The notes under the pieces are model-generated. The model was given only the letters and a program-made list of their open reading frames with translations, was not told where the DNA came from and searched no databases. A stretch of 64,000 bases of DNA from an uncultured Bacteroidia bacterium (lineage in GTDB: Bacteria; Bacteroidota; Bacteroidia; Bacteroidales; CAJPTX01), in assembly GCA_965240855.1 (NCBI GenBank), contig CBDEMG010000012.1:2307-66306 (forward strand). Reading direction: 5' to 3'. How positions within the stretch are numbered: the stretch's first letter is position 1; each line of letters starts with the position of its first letter. The position numbers were made by a program, and so were the translations under genes. Shown one piece after another: positions 38,803-46,807 of the stretch.

Positions 38803-38850
38803 AAAAAGAAACCAGTTACTGGCAACGCGCGCTAGCGATTCAGTAACTGG
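38803..38850 (-). terminator. Intrinsic terminator after the dnaN-exonuclease operon
   Basis: On the minus strand, CCAGUUACUG-loop-CAGUAACUGG (10-11 bp) is followed by UUUCUUUUU, 21 nt after the exonuclease stop. Confidence 0.8.
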
Positions 38851-38871
38851 CCTTTTAGGTATTCTGTTCGT

Positions 38872-39696
38872 TTAAGCTTTATGCAACTCTTTGTATATCG
38901 TGGTTACAATTTCTTTTACTTGAGCAGAGAAATCAGCTTGCATAATCCAGCCATAGTAACCATCGTTTTGTGCAAAAACATCACGAACCACTTGTCCCTT
39001 ATATTTTCCGAAATTGAAAACAATGTCGTTCTTATCGTTATAAGCTAAACGATTGGAGAGATCCACGCTTTTTTGTCCACTATTGCAAAATTGCGATAGC
39101 CCTTTCACATCTGAGGGGAGATCGTCGTACTTACGCAACTGTGCTGCTAGCACCTCGGCAGTGGCGCGAGTATCTGCAAGAGCGGAATGTGCATTGAAGA
39201 GCTCTGCGTTGCAATAGTAACGATATGCTGCTACTAGATTACGTGGCTCTTTTTGAGTGAAAATAAGATGAGCATCGAGGAGTGCATGATCTGTCAGATC
39301 TAATTTTATCCCAGTACGAGCAAATTCCTCTACAATCATAGGTACATCAAAACGCGTAGAATTGTAGCCTGCTAGATCCGAATTAAAGAAATAGGGTAGT
39401 AATGCCTCTGCTATTTCTTCGAATCTGGGAGCGTCCTTTACGTCCTCATCTGTAATACCATGTATTGCTGTTGTTGCAGGAGGGATCGGGATACCTGGGT
39501 TTACCAGCGTCTCCCATTCTCGCGAAGATCCGTCCTCGAGTACCTGCAAAAGGGCAATTTGTACGATGCGAGAACTTACAACATCCAGTCCTGTAGTTTC
39601 TAAATCGAAAAAGAGGAGTGGGCGACGTAATTCTAGCTCGGAAAACAAGGTACTAGAATATTGACTTTTGGACCAATTAATTGTTTTCACTACCAT
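38872..39696 (-). CDS. DnaQ/epsilon-like DEDDh 3'-5' exonuclease with a C-terminal DUF3820-like domain
   Basis: Exo I is FFDLETTGL, Exo II is AGYNSTRFDVPM and Exo III is HSALADTRATAEV. The C-terminus carries the FGKYKGQVVRDV....YYGWI pattern. Confidence 0.85.
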   Translation of the reverse strand: MVVKTINWSKSQYSSTLFSELELRRPLLFFDLETTGLDVVSSRIVQIALLQVLEDGSSREWETLVNPGIPIPPATTAIHGITDEDVKDAPRFEEIAEALLPYFFNSDLAGYNSTRFDVPMIVEEFARTGIKLDLTDHALLDAHLIFTQKEPRNLVAAYRYYCNAELFNAHSALADTRATAEVLAAQLRKYDDLPSDVKGLSQFCNSGQKSVDLSNRLAYNDKNDIVFNFGKYKGQVVRDVFAQNDGYYGWIMQADFSAQVKEIVTTIYKELHKA

Positions 39697-40879
39697 CGTT
39701 CTGCTCTATTACAAGCGAAGCTAAAGTGATAAGTTGCCAGTACTCGATATTTTCATTAAGTCCGATGGTTGGCTTAATATAAGCAGATCCTCGACTATCC
39801 ATATTGTTGTATGGTTCGGGGAGTACTAGTAATACGTCGTCCGAACTAATATGTTCGAAGGCTTTTTTTAGCGCACTCATCGTAATAGAGATGCGAAGAG
39901 GAGTCGCGTCTTGTGTCTGACAGGCAATTTGTTTGCGCATCCGAGGTACGATACTCGACTGTGAAATGTAGAAATCCATTAGATTATCCGCTATAGTAAT
40001 TACCATAGGGAGATCTTTTTGTACACAGAAAGGCGCAAAGAAATCAATGGTACGTATTACCTCTGCACGCGATACAACGATCTCGTGTAATTCTCCTCGC
40101 GGACAAGCTGTATTGTAGTCAGGGAAGACACTCTCGAGTACGCGCGTTATCAATACAAAGTCTTCTGTCTGAAATGTCGCAAAACGCTCGCTATAAGAGA
40201 GAGTAACTTGGCTCTCTGAACGTTCACGCAAACAATTGAGCAGGTTTTCCATCGCACGAATTGGGAGGCAAATGCGAGTAGGGGTAAGATCCGACATTCC
40301 CGAACATTGCACATATCCGAGATTGCTCCCATCGGTAGCCACAAAATTAATGGTGTTCTCCTTAATTTCGAACAAAATGCACTGAAAGGAGGCTCGTCCA
40401 TTCTTCGATGACGCAAGCGCTGCAAAGGAGGTGTATTCCAGCCCCGTTTTGAGGACGTCCTCTGTAAGAGTGAGCGTATTGGTTTCTTGTTCTTCTTGCC
40501 ACTCCTCGATTACTTGGATATAGGAGGAGGACTTCCCTTCGAGTGAGACATCGAAGCCATTCACACTAACATTGACCTTTACTTGGTCGCCATAGCCGCT
40601 AGGTTCGGTCGAGAAAACGACGGTCTCGTTTTTATCAAAATTCTTTGAAGTGATAGCTGTCATCACCAAGCGTAGTGGAAAGGAAACTTCCCCCTCTTCG
40701 TATACTTCGACCTCGGGGATCTGTACACGCATAATAATCTCGGTGTCGGCTAGTGTTATGGTTAGCGTATTACCTTCGGCTCGCACGACATTACCGTCCG
40801 AGATAAATGGACGTAGCGGTATGCGCTGTAAATAAGTCCAAGCTTCGGAGAGCGCAAGAATCGTTGTATTGAAACGCAT
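39677..40879 (-). CDS. dnaN: DNA polymerase III beta sliding clamp, divergent (400 aa)
   Basis: It is colinear with DnaN landmarks (N-terminal MRF...; VATDGSNLGY for ATDGHRL; RVLESVFPDYNTACP for LIDGxFPDYxxVIP), but many usually conserved positions are replaced. Confidence 0.7.
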   Translation of the reverse strand: MRFNTTILALSEAWTYLQRIPLRPFISDGNVVRAEGNTLTITLADTEIIMRVQIPEVEVYEEGEVSFPLRLVMTAITSKNFDKNETVVFSTEPSGYGDQVKVNVSVNGFDVSLEGKSSSYIQVIEEWQEEQETNTLTLTEDVLKTGLEYTSFAALASSKNGRASFQCILFEIKENTINFVATDGSNLGYVQCSGMSDLTPTRICLPIRAMENLLNCLRERSESQVTLSYSERFATFQTEDFVLITRVLESVFPDYNTACPRGELHEIVVSRAEVIRTIDFFAPFCVQKDLPMVITIADNLMDFYISQSSIVPRMRKQIACQTQDATPLRISITMSALKKAFEHISSDDVLLVLPEPYNNMDSRGSAYIKPTIGLNENIEYWQLITLASLVIEQNDGSENN

Positions 40880-40917
40880 CTAGTAATCGATTATAATTTA
40901 CGAAGGACAAAGGTAGC

Positions 40918-42873
40918 CTATTTAATAAATTCGTTCACTCGAGCGACGATACGTTCCTCTAGTCTTTGGGAGGTATCGTGTTCTAGCTTTTTGCCCACAA
41001 GACGTTCGTATAATTCTAGGTAACGTTCTGAGATTTCTTTAGCCTTGCTCTCTGTGAGTTCGGGTATTTTCTCCCCCTCCTTTCCTGCGAAGCCATTATC
41101 CATAAGCCACTGGCGTACAAATTCTTTGGAGAGTTGTCGTGGTGCTCGTCCAGCACTAATACTGGTATTAAAATCAGAGCTTTCGAAATATCGCGAAGAG
41201 TCGGGAGTATGAACCTCGTCTATCAGATAAACCTTCTCGTCGCGTAGACCAAATTCGTACTTCGTATCGGCAAGTATTAAGCCTCTTTCTGCGGCCAATT
41301 TAGTTCCTGCTGCAAACAGTGCGAGTGCGTAGCGTTCGAGTTGTAGGTAGTATTTTTCTTCTACGAGTCCTTGAGCGATAATCTCCTCACGTGAGATATT
41401 TTCGTCATGTCCTGTTTCGGCTTTTGTGGTGGGCGTTATTATTGGGGAGGGGAATTTGTCGTACTCCTGCATCCCTTCTGGGAGAGTTACGCCACAAAGT
41501 GTACGAGCGCCATTTTTGTATTCTCTCCAAGCACTTCCACAGAGATAGCCTCGGACGATCATTTCCACTGCAAAGGGCTTGCAATCGAGCCCCACCATCA
41601 CCATTGGATCGGGCATCCCGAGCATCCAGTTGGGGACAATATCTTTAGTTGCTTGTAGAGCTTGGTATGCAATACCATTGAGTACCGCGCCCTTGTGTTC
41701 GATGCCGCAGGGAAGTACGACATCGAAGGCGGAAATCCGATCTGTTACCACCAATGCTATCAGTCCGTTAGAGAGGTGGTATACATCGCGCACTTTGCCC
41801 TGAAAACGCGAGATTACACCCTTAAACTTACAATCGGTATGTAGTAGTGTATTACTCATTGCTAATAAATTGAGTTCTTTATTTCTGTCCTGTTCGTTTG
41901 TCGAATTCTTTTTCTCCCAGGTCTGAAATGCAGTAACGATCTGAGAGACGAGCCGATGCCGTACAATATCTTCTACGCGCATCTCTACAATGGCGATACC
42001 CGCGATCTCGCGGACTATATCAATCGCTGTAAGTAGCCCTGAACGGTGAGGATCGGGGAGGTCTATTTGCGTAAGATCGCCTGTTATAATCGCTTTTGCA
42101 TTGCGCCCAAGACGTGTTAGGAACATCTTCATTTGAGGGATTGTCGCATTCTGCGCCTCGTCGAGAATAATGTAAGCATTGTCCAGAGTCCGTCCCCGCA
42201 TATACGCTAAAGGCGAGATTTGTATTGTTCCCTCCTGTAGAAGCGATTTGAGTGTTGCAGCAGGCATCATGTCGTTTAGTGCATCGTAGAGAGGTTGTAG
42301 ATAGGGATCGAGCTTGTCTTTAAGATCGCCGGGTAGGAAACCGAGACGTTCTCCTGCCTCTACTGCAGGACGAGTAAGAATGAGACGACGGATTTTCCGC
42401 TGACGAAGAGCACGAACCGCAAGTGCAATGGCGGTATAGGTTTTCCCTGTACCTGCGGGTCCGATAGCGAATACGATATCGTGCGTACGTTCGGCTTCTA
42501 TAAAGAGACGTTGTTGTGGAGTACGTGCACTGATCCTGTTGCCGCTAGAGCCATATACTATTGTTTCACTACTAGTGTCAGGAATTTTATGAGAGAGAGA
42601 GGAGGGGACTCTTAGTATAATTTGTTCGAAATGATAGTCGTCGATTTCATGTTGCTTCATGTAAAGAGCTTCAAGGGCAAAGATATCCTGCTCGAGGTTT
42701 TGGATAGAGGCGCTATTGCCTTCTACTAGCAAGAGCGAACCACGTGATGCTATGCGGAGTTCGGGGTATTTTTCTTGTATTTGTACAAGCCGTTTGTTGT
42801 CGACGCCAAGGATATCTAGCAGTGCAATATTTTCTAGGGAGATGGTTCGTTGTTCGGTTGTAGTGGCTCGCAT
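40918..42873 (-). CDS. In-frame fusion ORF: PhoH-like ATPase (42873-41860) + SAICAR synthetase PurC (41859-40918)
   Basis: The PhoH part has GPAGTGKTYTAIA and ILDEAQN. The PurC part starts at the internal MSNTLLH and has VTDRISAFD, TKYEFG and HTPDSSRY. No stop codon separates the two parts. Confidence 0.8.
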   Translation of the reverse strand: MRATTTEQRTISLENIALLDILGVDNKRLVQIQEKYPELRIASRGSLLLVEGNSASIQNLEQDIFALEALYMKQHEIDDYHFEQIILRVPSSLSHKIPDTSSETIVYGSSGNRISARTPQQRLFIEAERTHDIVFAIGPAGTGKTYTAIALAVRALRQRKIRRLILTRPAVEAGERLGFLPGDLKDKLDPYLQPLYDALNDMMPAATLKSLLQEGTIQISPLAYMRGRTLDNAYIILDEAQNATIPQMKMFLTRLGRNAKAIITGDLTQIDLPDPHRSGLLTAIDIVREIAGIAIVEMRVEDIVRHRLVSQIVTAFQTWEKKNSTNEQDRNKELNLLAMSNTLLHTDCKFKGVISRFQGKVRDVYHLSNGLIALVVTDRISAFDVVLPCGIEHKGAVLNGIAYQALQATKDIVPNWMLGMPDPMVMVGLDCKPFAVEMIVRGYLCGSAWREYKNGARTLCGVTLPEGMQEYDKFPSPIITPTTKAETGHDENISREEIIAQGLVEEKYYLQLERYALALFAAGTKLAAERGLILADTKYEFGLRDEKVYLIDEVHTPDSSRYFESSDFNTSISAGRAPRQLSKEFVRQWLMDNGFAGKEGEKIPELTESKAKEISERYLELYERLVGKKLEHDTSQRLEERIVARVNEFIK

Positions 42874-42876
42874 TTG

Positions 42877-43392
42877 TTATACCATCGTAGCGTTTTGCTT
42901 GGAGTTTTTAGTACGGAGGATAGCGATGATCCCAGGCAGTCCCATAAAAATAAGTGTGAAAATCCCAAAGGAGAGGGTTTGCCAAAAGAGTGGTATCCGC
43001 GCAAATATGAGGGAGGAGAGAGTACATAGAATACCCGTGTATAATGTAAGACGTTCGCGAGTGAGTATTCCCGAGATGGCAATCCCAGTTCCCAAAACAA
43101 TGAGCTTTGCTACGAGTGGACTAGGGGACTCAAAGCCGATGAATCCGATAGTGGGACCTAAAATACTCCACACTGCCGCAATGGATTTGCGAGCCTCGCC
43201 AAAGAGTTGCACTTTTGAACGGAACTTCCGAATAAGTAAGAAGGATCCCGTGAGACCTAGAATGGGGACAAGTATCCAACCTGCACCTAGGGCAGTAAAG
43301 TGCGTCCAAAAGGTAAGAAATGAGAGAAGGACACTCGTAATAAACGTAGCACCTGCCCAGACTAAAAAGAAATATCCTTCTGGTTTTCCCAT
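42877..43392 (-). CDS. Multi-pass membrane protein of unknown function (171 aa)
   Basis: It has 5-6 clear hydrophobic helices, and its stop is 3 nt from the phoH ATG. The antisense 229-aa ORF looks non-coding. Confidence 0.7.
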   Translation of the reverse strand: MGKPEGYFFLVWAGATFITSVLLSFLTFWTHFTALGAGWILVPILGLTGSFLLIRKFRSKVQLFGEARKSIAAVWSILGPTIGFIGFESPSPLVAKLIVLGTGIAISGILTRERLTLYTGILCTLSSLIFARIPLFWQTLSFGIFTLIFMGLPGIIAILRTKNSKQNATMV

Positions 43393-43396
43393 AGCG

Positions 43397-43404
43397 CAAA
43401 GGTA
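43397..43404 (-). promoter_or_regulatory. -7 promoter box TACCTTTG 4 nt from ATG 43392
   Basis: The plus-strand CAAAGGTA is an exact TAnnTTTG on the minus strand. Its position implies a leaderless mRNA. Confidence 0.35.
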
Positions 43405-43492
43405 GTATTCTTTAGACTTTATAAGATTTTAGGCCGCGGTGTGCAATCACGCATTGCGCGGTAGGAGTTGTATCCGAATTCTGAAAAAGATT

Positions 43493-43500
43493 TAACTTTG
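43493..43500 (+). promoter_or_regulatory. -7 promoter box TAACTTTG for tRNA-Pro
   Basis: This is an exact TAnnTTTG match, 14 nt upstream of the mature tRNA 5' end. Confidence 0.55.
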
Positions 43501-43514
43501 TCTTCGAAATGTCT

Positions 43515-43589
43515 CGGGGCGTAGCGCAGCCCGGTTAGCGTGCATCGTTCGGGACGATGAGGTCGGGAGTTCGAATCTCCCCGCCCCGA
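43515..43589 (+). tRNA. tRNA-Pro (anticodon CGG)
   Basis: I folded the cloverleaf by hand. The acceptor stem is CGGGGCG/CGCCCCG and the D stem is GCGC/GCGT. The anticodon stem CATCG/CGATG carries the loop TTCGGGA, and the T arm is GGGAG-TTCGAAT-CTCCC. The discriminator is A, and no CCA is encoded. Confidence 0.95.
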
Positions 43590-43602
43590 CGAGACAGTTT
43601 GA

Positions 43603-43636
43603 GCAAGTAAACGAGTCCTGTTTGCTTGCTTTTTTT
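43603..43636 (+). terminator. Intrinsic terminator after tRNA-Pro
   Basis: GCAAGTAAAC-7 nt-GTTTGCTTGC (one G-U pair) is followed by T7. Confidence 0.8.
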
Positions 43637-43702
43637 GTTTCATGTATTGTAGTGCTCTGCAGATTTTGAGAGATCTGTTAGGAGGGAGATGCTAAAAATC
43701 AA

Positions 43703-43710
43703 TATCTTTG
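43703..43710 (+). promoter_or_regulatory. -7 promoter box TATCTTTG upstream of nusB
   Basis: This is an exact TAnnTTTG match, 32 nt upstream of ATG 43743. It lies downstream of the track's start at 43689, which argues against that start. Confidence 0.5.
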
Positions 43711-43742
43711 CAGAGATATTTACGTTCTTTGCCAGATCGCCC

Positions 43743-44804
43743 ATGTTAACTCGACGTTTGATACGTGTAAAAGTTTTACAGACCGCCTACTTGTACGAGA
43801 TACACCAAATCACAAACAGCGAGCACACTTTTGGTGCGGAAGAGGTTGTGGAGGCTCTCCATCAGAGTTTGGATGCTTTTTTGTGTCTTGAGTATTTTCT
43901 TTGGGGGCTCTTCCCTTTATTTTCGCAAAAAGCACAAGAGTTTTTATTGGAAGAGGAGCGTAAACATTTCCCTCGTCAAGAAATGGTGGATTGCTTACGC
44001 CCATTAGCAGAGGATAGGTTTGTTCTTGCGATTCATAACAACAATGCACTCTTGGAATCGGGAATTGAAAAAGATTTGCAGGAGGAGCTCAATACCCCGT
44101 CTTTTGCTCATATTTTCCAATCTTTACAATCATTGCCAGCCTATTCAATCTATTGTAAAGCGTGTGCGATAGGGGAGCGTCGCGAGCAGTTTGACGCAAT
44201 GAAGCGCTTGATGAAGAGTTTTTATGAGTGGCTCTTTCAGCAGTGGTATGAGGAGATAGAAGCCGAAGAGAAAATTTTGGAGAGTTTGCCTCACAATAGT
44301 CTCAATTCGGTCTCTTTTGGTAACTCTTATTTTCAGAAGTTCTTTTTGGAGGCTCCTATTTCATATACCTCGGATCTCTATGCAGCAGTGCAACATGTTT
44401 GTGAGCGTATCGATAAGTTAAAGGAGCTTCCAGTATCCGAAACGAAGTTGGCAGGACGCCCTTTGCAAGAGGATGATATGAAGTTTGCGACAAGCCTCTT
44501 GTTGCGTAAGCTTCAACATAGTGCAGAACATCAAGAATTAATTAAGGCAAACCTGAGTTCGGAGTGGACAATTGGACGTCTCAAAAAGCTAGATCTGTTG
44601 ATTATAGAGCTCGCTATTACGGAATTGTTGTATTTCCCTGAAATTCCTATTCGCGTTACGCTCAATGAATACGTAGATATTGCTAGCCAGTTTACAGCTC
44701 GCGAATCGTTAGCATTTATAAACGGTATTGTGGACAATATTTTCCATCAGTTGGATGCGCAGGGGCGTATCCAGAAAAATTTTGAAACCAACGCGAAATC
44801 GTAG
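43743..44804 (+). CDS. nusB: Transcription antitermination factor NusB, long Bacteroidota-type form
   Basis: The N-terminus RRLIRVKVLQTAY and the C-terminus RLKKLDLLIIELAITELLYFPEIP..V.LNEYVDIA......ES..FINGIVD are NusB motifs. A large central insertion separates them. Confidence 0.8.
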   Translation: MLTRRLIRVKVLQTAYLYEIHQITNSEHTFGAEEVVEALHQSLDAFLCLEYFLWGLFPLFSQKAQEFLLEEERKHFPRQEMVDCLRPLAEDRFVLAIHNNNALLESGIEKDLQEELNTPSFAHIFQSLQSLPAYSIYCKACAIGERREQFDAMKRLMKSFYEWLFQQWYEEIEAEEKILESLPHNSLNSVSFGNSYFQKFFLEAPISYTSDLYAAVQHVCERIDKLKELPVSETKLAGRPLQEDDMKFATSLLLRKLQHSAEHQELIKANLSSEWTIGRLKKLDLLIIELAITELLYFPEIPIRVTLNEYVDIASQFTARESLAFINGIVDNIFHQLDAQGRIQKNFETNAKS

Positions 44805-44846
44805 TTGTTACTAGAATAAGTTTAATAATCTCTTAAAATATTGTAG

Positions 44847-45155
44847 ATGATAAATAGTGTATTCTTTCTTCTCCAAGCACAAGCAGGGGGAAGCCCGTGG
44901 ATGTCTGTGGCAATGATTGTGTTGATCATTGTCGTATTTTATTTTTTTATGATACGTCCGCAGATGAAGCGTCAGAAGGAACTCAAACAATTTCAAGAGA
45001 GCTTGAAAAAGGGCGATCGTGTACTTGTAGCTGGGGGTATTTTTGGAAAGGTAGAGGAGATAAAAGACGACTCGATTGTAGTGGAGATTGCTCACGAGAC
45101 TACAGTACGTGTACTCAAGAATGCTGTGTATCGTGATGCTACTGATGTAAAGTAA
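44847..45155 (+). CDS. yajC: Preprotein translocase subunit YajC
   Basis: It has a single TM helix followed by FFMIRPQMKRQKE...L.KGD.V...GGI.G.V. Confidence 0.9.
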   Translation: MINSVFFLLQAQAGGSPWMSVAMIVLIIVVFYFFMIRPQMKRQKELKQFQESLKKGDRVLVAGGIFGKVEEIKDDSIVVEIAHETTVRVLKNAVYRDATDVK

Positions 45156-45180
45156 GTGCAAAAAAAGTAAGAAAACAGTG

Positions 45181-45218
45181 GCGAGCATTTAGTTAGAAAG
45201 CTAGGTGCTCGTCTTTTT
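45181..45218 (+). terminator. Possible terminator/attenuator after yajC
   Basis: GCGAGCA-18 nt-TGCTCGT is followed by CTTTTTC. The loop is rather long. Confidence 0.4.
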
Positions 45219-45232
45219 CAAAAAGGTCGGTC

Positions 45233-46210
45233 GTGTTGTATAAGTATTTACGAACGCTCTCGTATCGAATTTGGCGTAAGCGCAGACTGTTTGCGCTGTA
45301 TTTGGCCTTTGTTGCAATATCAACACTCTTTTGGTTTCTCAATAAACTGAACCACGAGTATACGATAGAACTCGATCGTCAACTCATACTTGATAACACT
45401 GCGTTTGGGTTACGAGTGGTACATCCTGAACAGTATCGAGTACGGTATCGAGTAAAAGGTCACGGATATGCACTACTAGCCTATAGAGGTTTTGTATTCT
45501 CTTCCCCTCTTCGGATCAATTATCAAGACTCCTTGCGTATCTTTAGTATACTGTTAGATAATCATACAACACTTACCAAAACAGAACTTTCGCAAATAGT
45601 TACTCGAACCTTGCCATCGGATTTACAGTTGGTGGATATCGTTACAGATTCGCTTCATTTTATTTTTGATAAACAGATACAAAAGCGTCTCCCAGTGTAT
45701 GCACGTATGCACTACAAGCTTGCAGACCAGCATTCATTGGTACGTCCGCTTGCAGTTATTCCCGATAGTATAGATATTACGGGGACAGAGAAGGATTTGA
45801 AGGAAATAGAACAGATTGCAACGGAGAGTATAGATCTTGGTGTGTTAGCAGGAGATGTGTCAATAAGTGTACCACTGAAGATACCGAGTGGTGTAGTTGC
45901 GAACCAAAGCGAAGTACGTATTAAACTAAGAGTAGAACAATATTCTGAAAAGAAACTTGTAGTACCCATTCGAGTGCATACTACGGATTCTATTCACTTA
46001 CAATTGATCCCAACAACTGTTACGGTATCTTGTTGTCTTCCCATTTCATACTATGACTCGGTGACGCCCCAAAACCTACATTTTTGGGTACGTCCCGATA
46101 CGACACATACATTTTCGCGACTCAAGGTGGAGATGGATTCTGTACCTTTTTATCTCACCAATCTTAGATTTGAACCCATGTATGTTGGGTACTATGTTTC
46201 GCAAGAATGA
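45233..46210 (+). CDS. YbbR-like (CdaR-like) domain protein, membrane-anchored
   Basis: An N-terminal TM helix is followed by repeated beta-rich modules. It occupies the yajC-X-coaE position that I recall for YbbR-like genes in Bacteroidota. The start is GTG. Confidence 0.55.
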   Translation: MLYKYLRTLSYRIWRKRRLFALYLAFVAISTLFWFLNKLNHEYTIELDRQLILDNTAFGLRVVHPEQYRVRYRVKGHGYALLAYRGFVFSSPLRINYQDSLRIFSILLDNHTTLTKTELSQIVTRTLPSDLQLVDIVTDSLHFIFDKQIQKRLPVYARMHYKLADQHSLVRPLAVIPDSIDITGTEKDLKEIEQIATESIDLGVLAGDVSISVPLKIPSGVVANQSEVRIKLRVEQYSEKKLVVPIRVHTTDSIHLQLIPTTVTVSCCLPISYYDSVTPQNLHFWVRPDTTHTFSRLKVEMDSVPFYLTNLRFEPMYVGYYVSQE

Positions 46211-46806
46211 GTAAACTCGTTGCTTATGGAATTACCGGAATCATAGGTTCGGGTAAGACCTTTGTCGCACAAAGACTCGTAGAAGAATATGGGGCAGCCG
46301 TATACAATGCAGATCAGAGAGCTAAGTATTTGGTATCTAACTCTCAAGAACTTCAAGCGCAAATAACTTCTTTGTTCGGTAGAGAGGCTTTTACTAGAGG
46401 TGGAGTTTATAATAGGGAATACGTAGCGAAGCGTGTATTTAGAGACAAGGTGTTATTGACCCAATTGGAAGCGCTGATACATCCTGCTGTTTTTCGCGAT
46501 TTTGGGGAATGGAAGGAACAGTTTGCAGGACTAGCCCCAATAGTTTTTATGGAATCGGCTCTGTTGCCGCGATTAGCATGGCGGGACTATTTACAGGGTA
46601 TAATCGTTGTATTTGCCCCGAGAGAATTGCGAATAGAGCGTATAAAGGTGCGCGACAACTGTACAGAAATACAAGCATTGGAGAGAATAGCGGCACAACC
46701 CGACGAACAAGCCTACCTTCGTTGTGCGAACTATCTAGTAGAGAATTCGTCGCGCTTTGCACTAACTCCACAGCTCGTCCAACTTATAGATATGATAACT
46801 GCGTAG
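46207..46806 (+). CDS. coaE: Dephospho-CoA kinase
   Basis: The P-loop is GITGIIGSGKT. The start forms an ATGA overlap with the upstream gene. Confidence 0.9.
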   Translation: MSKLVAYGITGIIGSGKTFVAQRLVEEYGAAVYNADQRAKYLVSNSQELQAQITSLFGREAFTRGGVYNREYVAKRVFRDKVLLTQLEALIHPAVFRDFGEWKEQFAGLAPIVFMESALLPRLAWRDYLQGIIVVFAPRELRIERIKVRDNCTEIQALERIAAQPDEQAYLRCANYLVENSSRFALTPQLVQLIDMITA

Positions 46807-46807
46807 C

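Noticed and set aside
42716-43405. A 229-aa plus-strand ORF that overlaps the whole 171-aa minus-strand membrane protein gene.
   Set aside because: Its Arg/Ser/Pro-rich, low-complexity composition is typical of the antisense frame of a hydrophobic gene. The minus-strand ORF has 5-6 clean TM helices, a -7 box and tight coupling to phoH.
43393-43514. The strand switch from a minus-strand gene block on the left to a plus-strand block on the right, near dnaN, could mark oriC.
   Set aside because: The intergenic space is only ~120 bp. It has no DnaA-box cluster (the best is a poor TGTATCCGA) and no AT-rich unwinding element. Several other divergent junctions exist in the window.
43419-43643. A 74-aa minus-strand ORF.
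   Set aside because: It lies entirely over tRNA-Pro(CGG) and its terminator on the opposite strand. The tRNA cloverleaf is unambiguous.
43689-43742. An 18-codon N-terminal extension of nusB from ATG 43689.
   Set aside because: The exact -7 promoter box (43703-43710) lies downstream of this ATG. The NusB-type N-terminus (RRLIRVKVLQ) begins right after ATG 43743.
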